Of a DNA stretch of 64,000 nt, positions 26,616 to 39,515 are shown piece by piece. The position numbers and the translations under genes were made by a program. This DNA comes from Mobula hypostoma (lineage: Eukaryota), in contig NC_086097.1 in NCBI RefSeq assembly GCF_963921235.1, forward strand, positions 30,568,001 to 30,632,000. The letters are read 5' to 3'. Every line of letters starts with the position of its first letter. Within the stretch, counting starts at the first letter, position 1. Below the pieces are notes generated by a model. It was not told the origin of the DNA. It worked only from the letters and a program-made list of their open reading frames with translations, and made no database searches.

Positions 26616-27028
26616 TGGCAATTACTGTTACTTTAGGAATCAGGTATGCATTTCAAGAGAATAAACAGAAGATGTGGGTGGGGAGAATTACCTACAGTAG
26701 TTAATCATTTTCTTTAAAGCACAACATTCAAATTGCATATATGTACTCTCCTGTGTGCACAGTTAGTCATCAGAAAACATTTTAGGAATTAGAACTTCCA
26801 TCTATTGCATGTCTGAACTTCTCAAAACTACTGCTTTTTAGAAACCCACCCCCAACCATTGCCTATCCCCCACCCCCACATCTATTTTACCCCTGGCAAA
26901 TGCATAACATAACACACCTTTACAAAAGCTGCCAGCACAATCCTGAATGCAGATGTGTTTTTTTTATTTTAAAGGCAGCATGAGCCCAGACAAGTTGGAA
27001 AAATACCTCTGTAGGTTGGGCTACTCAC

Positions 27029-27080
27029 CAGATGTTGCATTGTCCTGGTCCCAGGCTTCCAATATTAATGTGTATGATCT
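27029..27080 (-). CDS. Jagged-family Notch ligand (JAG1/JAG2-like), internal coding exon equivalent to exon 3 (N-terminal C2/MNNL domain)
   Basis: Minus strand reads AGA TCA TAC ACA TTA ATA TTG GAA GCC TGG GAC CAG GAC AAT GCA ACA TCT G = RSYTLILEAWDQDNATS+1 nt. This matches Jagged RS(Y/F)TL(L/I)(V/L)EAWDxxN and keeps an N-glycosylation sequon. The 52-nt length and phase 0 to phase 1 match JAG1 exon 3 as recalled. Acceptor ctaattctcttttctcttccttctcAG, donor G/GTGAGTAG. The paralog cannot be resolved from 17 aa. Confidence 0.93.
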
Positions 27081-27107
27081 CTGAGAAGGAAGAGAAAAGA
27101 GAATTAG
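27081..27107 (-). promoter_or_regulatory. Branch point, polypyrimidine tract and 3' splice acceptor of the Jagged exon
   Basis: Reverse complement is CTAAT-tctcttttctcttccttct-CAG, directly before the exon. Confidence 0.85.
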
Positions 27108-27810
27108 CAAGGATCAAAACCCATGGCACACTGCGTTATGACCAAGCCTCAACATCCAAGCCTCACACCATTCTAATTTAAACTCAAGAAATTCTGTACA
27201 TGCTGGGAAACACATGAAGCACTGGAGGAATTCAGCAGGTCAGGCAGCATCTATGGAAGAGAATAAATAACTGACACTTCGGGCCAAGACCCTTTATCAC
27301 TACTTGCAATCGTATCTTTGTTCTTTCACTTTCGCTGGGCTAAAACCCTGAACTCCTTCCCTAACAGCACTGTGGGTGTACTCACACAAGTGATGCAGAG
27401 GCTCAAGAGGACAGATCACCACCACCTTGAATTAGTCATGCTATCTTCATTAGTGCTTGTTACTAGCCATCAAAGTCAAGTTTGTCAAACATGCATAAAG
27501 TACTCCTGCAAGCCACCCATCATCCTGACTTGCAAATATATCGCCGTTCCTTCACCATCGACAGTTCAAAATCAAGGAACTCCCTCCCTAACAGCATTTC
27601 GGTATATCTGCACCTCAACTATTACAGTGGCTCAAGGGCAACAAACCATTCTAGTTAACCACCCCAAACCCCTGTATTACCCACAGTCACTTCACCATAC
27701 TGTAAGCGATATCTCATAATGCTGTATACATTATAAATGCATGGTATTGTGTATACTTCATTTCATATCTGTACTTTAACCTACAAGTTTATTTTTCTGT
27801 AATTCTTTAT

Positions 27811-28536
27811 TCTTACGAAACCCATTTTTACTGGGCGTCTATAGAAATACGGCTCATTAGCCCCTGGACTAACTGCCACTGGACTCAGCGCTGAGAAAAC
27901 CACCTTTCTGTGTCTAGGATCAGTATAACTTGAGTTCCATCAAAATCAGGAAGTTGGGATGTTCCGACCACCCGCACCCCAACCTGAGCAAATACCATGT
28001 AAATATTGCCCACTTGCATTATACGTCACCAAGAAATAACAGATTGTACACAGCATTCAGTTGTAAAGAAGGTGTATTAATGAATGTCAACTGAAACCGT
28101 TATTAAAGAAAGAAAAAGATAAGAGAAAAACTAAAGGGCTCATTACAATTAAAAAAGTCAAATCTTCACAAGCTTGGAGCACAGATCTTCCAAAAGCTGG
28201 ATGTGTCCATTTCACTCATGGTACCAACTCCTATTCACTGATCACCACTAGAATTTCCCATCTTGGACTCCATCGAATTGTGCATTCCAGTTGGATCGAA
28301 TCCTACGACCAGTTCTCTCTAGCTTCTTCTCTCTCCATCTTCCGCTGAAAAGACCTCAATCCACCCCAGTATCCACCTCAAAACCTCTGCCTAGTTTTCC
28401 CTAGAACCTTCTCTAAATTCCACCATCCTAATTGGCTGACTCAACATTCCTAAGCTGAACAACAACCTCTCATCTTTAACAGTAACCCAAACACTACCAG
28501 TAGAACACACAGTAAAATCTTAATCAGGGCATTACA
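27811..28536. mobile_element. Probable solo LTR
   Basis: Termini t(c)ttacgaaaccc ... gggcattaca (degenerate TG..CA inverted ends); flanks tttat/cttat; splits a Rex/Babar-like tail whose intact form is seen near 55260-55440. Confidence 0.45.
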
Positions 28537-28611
28537 CTTATGTTATCTTATAAATTTCCAATATATGCAAACGTGTGAGGCAAACAAAGTTGAGCCTTGA
28601 ACCTTAGTGAT

Positions 28612-28709
28612 ACACATCTCTCCATCAGCACTTCCAGAAAAATGATCCACACATGATCACATTGCTGCTTGTGGAGTTCCAGATCAATAAACATCTAGAT
28701 CCACAAGAC
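28612..28709 (+). repeat. Deu-domain-like SINE fragment, locally duplicated (copy A)
   Basis: Direct repeat of 29373-29468; contains gatcacattgctgcttgtgga, similar to the DeuSINE core. Confidence 0.55.
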
Positions 28710-29225
28710 CATAAGACACAGGAGCAGAATTAGGCCAATCAGCCCATCCAGTCTGCTTCACCATTCCATCATGGTCGATTTATTTTCTGTCTCAACCCCA
28801 TTCTCCTACCTTCTCCCCATAACCTTCGACATCCTTACTAATCAAGAACCACTTTAAATACACCCAATGACTTGGCCTCCACAGCCATCTTGGCAATGAA
28901 TCCCACAGATTCACCGCCCTCTGCCTAAAGAAATTTAACCTCATCTCTGTTCCCAAGGAATGTCCTTGTATTCCGAGGCTGTGCCCTCTGGTCCTACACT
29001 ACTCCACTATTGGAAACATCTTCTCACGTCCAATTTATCTAGGCCTTTCATATTTGAAAGGTTTCAGTGAAATCCCCTCCATTATTCTAAACTCCAACAA
29101 GTACAAACAGAGCCATCTAACAATCCTCACACATCAACCCTTTCATTCCCAGGATCATTTTCATATACATCCTCTGGACCCTCTTCAATGCTATCACATC
29201 CTTTCTTAGACAAGGGGCTCAAAAC
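28704..29225 (-). mobile_element. CR1-type LINE 3' fragment
   Basis: Starts with the reverse tail caagaccataagac; homologous to 2500-2990. Confidence 0.8.
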
Positions 29226-29372
29226 TTGTCATATATGGTGAATAAAGTTGATTCTTGATCTTTAGGGATTGGCAATAAAGTACTGGCTCAACCTGCAAAG
29301 CCCATATCCCTTGAATAAACATCTTTTTAAAAAACACAGCAGTGTTTTAGTTTTCCTAACATCCTGGCCTAC

Positions 29373-29468
29373 ACACATCTCTCAAACGACACTTTCAGAA
29401 AAATGATCTGATCGTTATCACTGTTGCTTGTGGAGTTCAGGATCAATAAACATTGATCCACGCAAGAC
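29373..29468 (+). repeat. Deu-domain-like SINE fragment, locally duplicated (copy B)
   Basis: Direct repeat of 28612-28709, including non-SINE-looking 3' flank gatcaataaacat..gatccac.caagac. Confidence 0.55.
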
Positions 29469-30152
29469 GAAATCAGTGGCTTTGAAAGGTCATCAGCCCG
29501 AAATGCCAACTGGGCCTCTTCACAGACGCTGCTCATTATGAAAATTCTATCAATTTCTTATCCATTTAAGTCAGTTTTCTACTCACCCTCAAAGGGGGCT
29601 TGGTCAGGCGGGTCTCACTGAAAACAGTCAGCATGTTGGGTTCAGCTCAACTATGTCAATAGCACTGTTGGCCAACTCAAAAGATCACTTCTAACCTCAG
29701 GACCTCTAAAATCTGGCTACTCATTTCAAAAATAATGGGAGTTGCTGATTAATTCTTCCTCTCAAGCTCCATCAACAAGTCTACAACAGACTCAGACAGG
29801 AGGATAAGCAAACCACCTCCACTCCTCCCCAGAGGGATGAGGTTCAAAGTTCCTACCCCTGCCAAACTAGCCACGTTCACCACACATCATGGTGCATAAT
29901 TACTCCTGCGTTTCAACAGAAAATTCTATGCATTTTTTGGTAAAGAAACTAAATTAACCTTTTCTGCTAATAGAGTGGGGGCATAATGTTAAGGTGATTG
30001 GAGGAAAGTATCAGTAGAGATGCCAGAGGTAGGGGTTCTCTCCCCCCCCCCACAAAGAGTGATGGTACATGGAACACCCTCCCAGGGGTGGGGGTAGAGG
30101 TGGACACTCAGGGATATTTAAGAGGCACATGGATGAAAGAAAAATGGAGGGT

Positions 30153-30455
30153 TAGACAATAGACAATAGACAATAGGTGCAGGAGTAGGTCATTCGGCCC
30201 TTCAAGCCAGCACCGCCATTCACTGTAATCATGGCTGATCATCCACAATCAGTACACCGTTCCTGCCTTCTCCCCATATCCCTTGACTCCGCTATCATTA
30301 AGAGCTCTAACTCTTTCTTGAAAGCATCCAGAGAATTGGCCTCCACTGCCTTCTAAGGCAGAGCATTCCACAGATCCACAACTCTCTGGGTGAAGAAGTT
30401 TTTCCTCAACTCCATTCTAAATGGCCTACCCCTTATTCTCAAATTGTGGCCTCTG
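30153..30455 (-). mobile_element. Young CR1 3' end with (TCTATTG)n tail
   Basis: agacaatagacaatagacaatag tail; near-identical in reverse to 57006-57209; inserted into an older CR1 end. Confidence 0.8.
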
Positions 30456-31019
30456 GAAGGGAAGGGTTTGATTAATTTAGATTAGGTTAAAGGGTCAGCA
30501 CTTCCTGCCCCTGCCTGTAAGGAGTTTGCATGTTCTCCCCATGACCACGCAAGTTTCCTACAGGTGCTCCGGTTTCCTCCCACTATCCAAGGACACACCT
30601 GTTGGTAGGTTAATTGGTCCCATGATTAGGCTAGGATTAGAATCAGGGGTTGATGGACAGGGAGGCACAAAGAGCTGTTGGGCCTACTCCACACTGTATC
30701 TCAATAAACTAATTATTTAATAGACACCATCTTGTACCAAACATTCTGTACTGTGCTGTAATGTTCTAGGTTCTATTTAAAATAATTTCTGTCTGCTTCC
30801 ACCATTTCCCCAGGCAGCCTCATCCATGGGCAGTACACACAATCTCTGAAATTGTTTGAACCTAAACCCCTTCTACAACTGGTTTAATATTTAAACTTTG
30901 GTCAGGGGATAAAATCTCCACTATTGCAATCCCTGAATTTTAACCTAATCCAGACTGGTACTCCATTGTGACAGGGGCTGCTGCTCTCAGGAGCACTGCC
31001 CTCCTGACAAAAGTCCTGG

Positions 31020-31345
31020 GCGACATGGTAAAGAAGTAATTAGCATATCACTTTACAGCACCGGCTTTCACCGATCAGAATTCAATTCCTGCCACTGACT
31101 GTAAGGAGTTTGTCTATTCTTCCCGTGACCACGTGGGTTTCCTCTGAGAGCTGTGGTTTCCTCCCACATTCCAAAGACGTATGATTAGAGTTAGTAAGTT
31201 GTGGACATGCTCTATTGGCACAGGAAACATGGCAACACTTGTAGGCTATCCAACACAATCCTAGCTGATTTGATTTTTGACACAAAGACACAATACACTA
31301 TGTTTTGATGTTTCAATGCATATGTGACAAATAAAGCTAATCTTT
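31020..31345 (+). mobile_element. V-SINE
   Basis: tgtaaggagtttgtctattcttcccgtgaccacgtgggtttcctc...cccacattccaaagacgta core and aaataaagctaatcttt tail. Confidence 0.75.
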
Positions 31346-31494
31346 AGGATTTGAACTGAAACTCTTTCCTCCTACTCCTGTTATATTCAATGAACAGGAA
31401 AAATATTGTGTGGCAGTAACAAAATAGATTCAAGATCAGCCACTGCACTGAACAATCCTGTCAACAATGATCAGAGGGACGCAATCATTTAGAT

Positions 31495-32125
31495 GTTGGA
31501 GCATTGACCTGTCCTGGGATAAGCATGCCAGTGTCATCAAAAAGATGACAATGTAGGCTTGGCATGCAATGTGACAAAATTCTATAGATGCACAGTACAG
31601 AGTATCCTGACTGATTGCGTCATGGACTGGTATGGAAACCCCAATGCTCAAAAATGGAAAAGACTACAAAAGATGGTGGATTCAGCCCAGTTCATCACAG
31701 GCAAGCCCTCCCCACTATGGAGAATGTTTACATAGAGCATTGCCACAAGTAAACAGTTCCAGGCCATGCTCTCTTGTCGCTACTACCATCGAGCAGGAGG
31801 TACCAAAGCCACATCACTAGGTTCAGGAACAGTTATTCCCCTACAACCATCAGGATCCCGAACCAGTGTGGATAGCTTCATCCAACAATTCTGAACTGAT
31901 TCCACAACCTACAGACTCACTGCTAAGGAAACCACAACTCACGTTATCAGTATTATTTTTTATTTGCACAATTTGCCTTTTTCACACATTGATTGTTCAT
32001 CAGTCTTTATTTACGTATAGTTTTTCATAAATTCTATTCTATTTTTTTCTGAAAATGCCTGCCAGAAAATTAACCAAGGTTGTATATAATGACACATGTA
32101 CTTTGATAGTAAACTTACTTTGAGT
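31495..32125 (+). mobile_element. Rex1/Babar LINE 3' fragment
   Basis: Decayed SILTDCVMDWYG, LQKMVDSAQFITG and GHALLSLLPSSRRY motifs followed by a T-rich 3' UTR. Confidence 0.7.
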
Positions 32126-33544
32126 ATTTAGCTGAGTAATATCACAAACAGAATGCCAATTTCAGTCTTCAATTTAACCAAAATTGATGCACAATTATTG
32201 AAGAGCAGAAGACAGGAGGCCTTGAATTTAAGTCTTGCAAGTGTCCAGAAAGTTAGATGCTCTCTGGGATTTTGCCAAGAGGAGGAAGGCACTCTCAATG
32301 GAAATCTGAGATAACAATACGCAGTTAAAGAATGTCTGGGGAAAAAAAAGAGGAAATTTGGGGGACATTTAGTTTTGCTAGCTGGCAGAGTGATCTTGAA
32401 ACTAAACGCAAGAAGCCGCCCAACTGAGTAGGAAGGAAACCACCTACCCTTACCCAGTCCAGCACATGACTCTACTCACACAGTACAATGCAACTCTCCA
32501 AGGACAATTTGAGCCAGGGTCATCAAGAGGTACAGCAAGGAAACAGATCCTTCTGAATAACTACACCACCCAATTTTATTAACCTTAATTTTTCAAACTG
32601 ACATTTTCATCAACTCCCCCCCACCCCCAGATGTTACCACTCACCTACACATTAGAGTCAATTTAGAGTGACTAATTAGCCTATCACCCGATAGTTCCAC
32701 TAACACAGTGGAAATACCAAGCCATTTGGCACAACTCATTCATGCTGATCAAGCTGCCAAGATGAGCTAGTCACATTTACACGTAGCTGGCCCATATTCC
32801 CCTAAACCATTCCCATGGACAACAGATCAGCTGGACATTCGCCTCATTTCAGTTCTGGGATGAGGAAGCACAGCAGCATAACATTTTACAGCACCAGTGA
32901 TCAGGGTTCAATTCCCATCACTGTCTGCAAGGAGTTTGTACATTCTCACCACTTCCTCCCACAGACATATGGGTTAGTAAGGGTCAGTAAGCTGTGGGCA
33001 TGCTGCGTTTGCCCTGGAAGCATGGCAACACTTGCAGGCTGCCCCTAGCACAAATTTTGGACCGTTGGTCTTTGAACGCAAATGACATTTCACTGTACAT
33101 TTCAATAAATGTGTGACAAATAAAGCTAATCGTTATCTTTAAAATTGCCACATTTGCTTCTGAAACACTTCTAAAAGTATGGAAGATTATTTGCTATTCA
33201 CCCCCAACTGATTTGCAATTTCAACCCACAATCTTCGTAATGAGGGAGGAAATCAGAGTTCCACTTGAAAACACACATGGCCACAGGGAGAACATACAAA
33301 CTCCTCAGACATTACAGAGGTCGGGGTGAAGCCACTCACTGGTACTCCAAGGCAGCAACTCTACGTGCGACACTATCTAGATACTCTATTGGAAGCTGCT
33401 CTGCAATGAGGCAGCAGTACAACTGCTAACCCAACAGTGATCAGCATTTCACAATCACCATCTTGAAAAATTTGCAGACAAAAAGAGATGCAGCACAAGA
33501 ATATACTCTTCAGCCCACTGAGTCTGTGCTGACCACTAAAGCTT

Positions 33545-34070
33545 AAAGATTGGTGAGGCCTAATTCGCAGTATTGTCTCTAGTTCTGGTCACCTACTTAC
33601 AAGGAAGAATAAAATTGAAAATGTGCAAAGAAAACTTACAAGGATGTTGCTGGCACTTGAGTTATAGTGAAAGGTTGAATCAGTTTGGACTTTTATTCCC
33701 TGGAGCACAGGAGAATGAGGGGAGATTTGATAGGGGTATATAAAATGATGACGGGTATAGATAGAGTAAATGTAAGCAGACTTTTTCCAGTCAGGTTGGA
33801 TGAGGTAAGAACTAGAGGTAATTGGTTAAGGGTGAGAGGTGAAATGTTTAAGGGGAACGTGAGGGGGACCTTCTTCACTCAGTGGTGAGAGTGTGGAATG
33901 AGCTGCTAGCGGAAGTAGAGTATCTGGGTTCAATTTCAACATTTAAGAGAAATTTGGATAGGTATATGGATGGGAGAGGTATGGTTACTTGCAGGTTAAT
34001 GGGACTAGGCAGAATAATAGTTTGGTATGGATTAGGTGGGCTGAAAGGGACCATTTCTGTACAGTAGTGT
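33545..34070 (+). mobile_element. CR1-type LINE 3' fragment
   Basis: YSLEHRRMRGDLIGVYKMMTGIDRV...RTRGNWLRV...VRVWNEL. Confidence 0.85.
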
Positions 34071-37000
34071 TTTAATACGAAGATTTATTTGTCAAATGTA
34101 CATCAAAACATACGATGAAATGCATCATTTATGAAAACGACCAACAGTCCAAGGATGTACTGGGCAGTCGGCAAGTGTCGCCATGCTTCCAGTGCCAATA
34201 TAGCATGCCCACAACAAACCAACCCTAACTGATCCATCTGTCTTTAGGATGTGGGGAGGAAACCAGAGCCCCCAGAGGAAACTCACGATCACGGGCAAAA
34301 TGTACAAATTCCTTAGGCAGTGGCAGAATTGAACCGAGGCCACTGGCACAGTAATAGTGTTATACTAATCATTATTCTATTGTGCCACCACACAGTAGCC
34401 TACCATGGTTCATGGTAACTACCTATTCTGCTAATCTTACACAAGTGTTCTCCCCACATTCTCAACAGCTCCCGCGGACATTAGGAAAATTCAGTGACCA
34501 AATTAGCCCTGTATGTAAAAATCTGTATGCCTTCTGCTGTTGGAAGAAATTAGACTACCTGGAGAAAATCCACATTGCCACAGGGAAAACGTGAGGCAAG
34601 GAATTAACCTATAGTTTCTAGCCCCATTCTACTGGCTAAGCACCATGTCTCTTGCAAATAAAATTCTTTGCACCTCACTGCTAGAGTATGCTCACACAGG
34701 CAACTTTGGGTTACTTGCCACAGTGTATTCCTGACAAACCTAGACTTCACATGCATTGATAATATACTCTCTGAACAACCTGTAATTATCCAGATCTCAC
34801 TTCCTTACACCTACTGATCATTTCCCAATGTCAACACAATATAACCCTTCCCCCACATAGCCCTTTTTTTTTCTTTCATCCATGTGTCTATCTAAGAGTC
34901 TCTTAAATGTTCCTAATGCATCTACCTTTACCACCACCGCTGGTAGCGTGTTCCATACATCTACCATTCTCCGTGTGAAAAACCTACCTTTGACATCCCT
35001 CCTCCAATCACCTTAAAATTATGCCCCCTCATATTAGTCATTTCTGTCCTGGGAGGAAATCTCTGGTTTTCCACTCAATCTATGCCCCTGGTACACATCT
35101 TTCAGATCACCTCTCATCTTTTTCACAAAGAGAAAAGCCTTAGCTCATTCAACGAATCATCGTAAGACCTGCTCTCTAATCTTCTCTGCACCCTTTCTAA
35201 AGCTTCCACATCCTTCCTATATTGAGGCCACAAGAGCTGAATACAATACTCCAAGCATGGTCTAACCAAAGTTTTATAAAACCTACAACTCTACAAAACA
35301 TGTGGACAAGTGGCCAAAAAGTTTGGACAAAGCAATAGAATTTGAGAAGGATAGAAAGCTGGAAATGCTCTTGACAGGAATGACATAAGGTGGTAACCAG
35401 AATGGTGTGGTGCAGTGGTGCAAAGACCCAGGTTCACTCTGATCTCTGGAGCTGTTAACATGAAACTGCACATTCTGTTTCCCCTAGCTATACCAGTTTC
35501 TTCCCGCATCCCAGAGCTGTGTAGACTGGTAGGTTCATTTGTGGTAGGTTAAATGAACCTGAACATTGTGAGCTGCCCCCAGCACATCCTTGGCTTGCGT
35601 CGGTTGTTAACACAATCAACACATTTCACTGTATGTTTCAACATACTGTACATGGGATAAATAAACTTTAACTCACTATAAGTTACCCGGTGTGTGAATA
35701 AGTGGTAGAATCTTGGGGTGAGTTAATGGGAATGTGGAGGGTACAAAACGGGATTGTCATCAGGGTGGTGCCAATGGGTTCTTGATGGTCAGTGTGGACC
35801 TAGTTGGTCATTGGTCCCATTTCCATGTTGTATGACCAAGTTGATTAGGGAAAAGTACAAGGGGGATTTTAACTGTAAAGTTTCCCATCCCACCCACAGA
35901 GTGCTGGGTGTGTGGAGCACTCTGCCAGTGGTGTCAGAGGCTGATACATTAGGGACATTTAAGAGATTCTCAGACAGGGACATTGATGATAGAATAATGA
36001 ACGGCTACGTAGGAGGGAAGGGTTAGATTAACCTACTTCAAGATCAAAGGGTTGGCACTTCATCCTGTTGCCAAAGTGTTTGAACTTGCTGTAATGTTCC
36101 AAAGACCTTCTAAAGACTAAAGTACTGGTGGCAAAAGGGGTTTAACCCGAACCTCGTGTCTATTTTATTACATGACTTTTGGCTCGGTAAATGCTGCAAT
36201 GCAATTGTGTCTTGGTTTTACCTCCATGACATTATAGTACCAAATCACGATTATATAGAGAAAAGTTAGTTGTCCAGAACCTCAACATTCAGTCCAAAGT
36301 AATGTCCCACAGCATGACTACTACAGAGAGAAGGTATTCAACAGATAGGGATGTACTCTGTTCCTCAGCCAGCTGTCATTAATTTGACATGCCCTTCTTC
36401 CCAGCACCCATTGCACAGTACGGATATTAAGCCATTCTGCAATGTTGGGGGAAAGAGGCCAAAAAAACAGACAAGAATCTTGGAGAATGAGATAATTTTA
36501 ACCATACGTTTTCTATAAATCAACAAAACCAATATATATCATACACAATAAGTGTATCTCCATTCAACATAATCACTTCCTGCACTCAGTTGTACTAGCA
36601 GCCTCCACATTCTCTAACCAACCCTGCACACAACCAAAACCACATTTATAAGCACAAGATATTCTGCAGATGCTTAAAATCCAGAGTAACACACACAAAA
36701 TGCTGGCGGAACTCAGTAGGTCAGGCAACATCTATAGAGGGGAACAAACAGTCGACATTGAGCCGAGACCGTTCATCAGAACTGGGAAGGAAGGGAACAC
36801 AAGCTGGAATAAGGTGGGAGAAGGGAAGTAGTACAGATGGCACAACACAACAAAGCTTGATGTGGATGGGCTGCAACAGCAGACCACACTGTAGACCACT
36901 CATGTACCTAATAAAATGACCACTGTGTATATTACCATGAACTATCTCAAGATTAATTTTCTTGCCAGCATTCACAGGAAGAAATACAACAGAATTTTAC

Positions 37001-38984
37001 CAAAAAAACAAACAGAAAAACAACCAATATGCAAAAGGAAGCAAGATTCAACATTTAAAGACTTGGGGATCGCTTGGCCTGGAAGGTCCTGACTAAATTC
37101 AAGCGTCCCATCAGGCTCGTCCATTTGGGGCTAAACGCGGAATGTAAATGGGGAACAAGAAATTTCATACTTAGTCTACATCGTCCAATGATCACTACTC
37201 CACACACTGGTAAAAGGTTGTGATCAAGCTGAATTTCATCCTATCTAGCCTACTGAACTTATTATGTCTGAGTACAAAAAAGATGGGGTCACTGGGCAGA
37301 TACATTGCCCGATTCAGATGTATTAATTAATCACATGTACATCGAAACATAGTGAATGGGTTGTTTGCACTTATAACCAACACACCAAAGGATGTTCTGC
37401 AGGTAGACCACATGTGTCACCACACATGCTGTCAATGTTCAGAACAAATCAAGCAGCAGCAAGTTAGCAATGGCAAAATAAGCCCCTTCTCTCACTCCCC
37501 CACCACACACACACACCTCCACCTGCAGGACTAACTGCCTCCTGGTCTCGCCGTGGACTCAGACATCAGGCCTCCAACCTTCACATTACTACCTCCAGAC
37601 TCACTGACTTTAATTTTTGACCTTCAGACTTTCTACCTCCAGACTCACTGAATTCTGAACTTTGACCTTTGACTTTGCCCTTCAGACTTCACAGATCTCC
37701 GGGTATCAACCTCTGGACTCATCAATCACAGGCTTGACCTTTGGGCCTCAGCTTTTGGACTCGCATGACCTCCAAGCCCAGTGACTGGGAGCTTACTGGC
37801 CCTCATGACTCCGCACCTGTAGGGAACTGACCCAGGACTCACTGACCTAGTGATCACTTGTCAACCTGACCTCCAAGATCACTTTCAACTGCAGAGCATT
37901 CCAACCTGGACACCAAACACCAGCTCCTGTCCCTGACTCTTCATTTACTGTCCTGGACCTCTAATTCTTCCTCACCCATCTCCAAACCCTAACCTGACCC
38001 CCAACTTTCCACACTATCCTCAAAACTAATCCTGCGAACCTTAAAAAACAACTAAGTCAGAGCCAGGATCTGGAAGGACATCGCAGTTTGGCACCATCTT
38101 GAGTTTTGACTCCAAGTAATAATATTAAGCTACACAGCCCACTGAAGGTTTTACTCATCTAGTAGTGTCAAAATCTATGACTGAGTTATCACCAACTACT
38201 GAACACCAGTTGTATTTTGGTCATCCTATTGATTCATTGAACAGGTTGGTGCATTAACAAAGCCAGCCGCCTGGATCCAGAAACTTAACCAGGACTGTGA
38301 TGCAGTCAGATGCCATTAACTGGAGCCTGTGAGACACACCAGTTCATGTTGGACTCTATTTGGAGTCTCCAGGGCAATGATCAAACCACAAGTTCAGACA
38401 GCCCGTCTTCTCGCTCACAGACAAAGATTTTGAGCTAATTTAATGCTGTAGACTGTGGCAGTAAAGAATATACCTCACTTGTCATTATGCAACCAACATA
38501 ATAGATTTGGCGGGGGTGGGGGGGGGGAGAGAAATCAAAGTGGTCGGAAGTAAAAAGTCATCCATTTCACAAACCCTCAACCAGGCATAAAATGTCACCA
38601 CGACTGCACAATTTTGTAGCCTCCAGTCTCATGGGTGTAGCAAAGACACTGACAGCCAAAAAAAACTTCTTTTTCAAGTCCACATTCAAGGTCAGTGTCT
38701 GGGACTTAACATTGCTAGGAATTTTATATTAAACTGCAGAGCAGGGAAAATTAATACAACTCAACACATACAAATGCTGGAGAAACTCAGCAAGACAAGC
38801 TGAGCAGGACATGGAGAGGAATAAATAGCTGAGATTTCGGGATGAAGGGTCTTGGTCTGAAACATTAACTGTTTATTCGTCTCCACAGACACCACCTAAT
38901 CTGCTGAGTTCCTCCAGCATTTTGTGTATTACTCTGGATCTCCTGTATTATTAATACAACTTAGTGTTTGTTGTTTGCTAGAGA

Positions 38985-39515
38985 GTGTCCCCTTATCCAA
39001 GGAAGAACGTGCTGGTGTGGAGACTGTTCAAAAGAAGTTCAAGAGAATGATCCTGGGAACAAAAGAATTAACATATGAGGAGCGTTTGAAGGCTCTAAGC
39101 ATATACTCATTGGAGTTTAGAAGAATGGGGGGGAGGGGGGGGGTCCTCATTGAAAGCTATCAAATATTGAAAGGCTGAGATAGAATGGAGGTGGAGGATA
39201 TTTCCCATAGCAGGAGAGTCTAGGACCAGAAGGCACAGCCCTCTAAAGAGAAGGATGTCCCTTTAGAACAGAGATGAGGAAGAATTTCTTTAGTGAGAGG
39301 TGATGAATTTATGCAATTCTTTGCTACAGATGGCTGTAGAGGCCAAGCCACTGGCAAAATTTAAAGCAGAGGTTGATAGGCTGCTGATTAGCAAGGGCTT
39401 CAAAGGTCACTAGGAGAAAACAGAAGGGGTTGAGAAGGATAATATAATAGTCAAAATCAAATGGTGGAGCAGACAGAATGGCCCAAATGGCCTGATTCTG
39501 CCAATTCTTATGGTA
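38985..39515 (+). mobile_element. CR1-type LINE 3' fragment
   Basis: VETVQKKFKRMILGTKELTYEERLKALSIYSLEFRRM. Confidence 0.8.
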
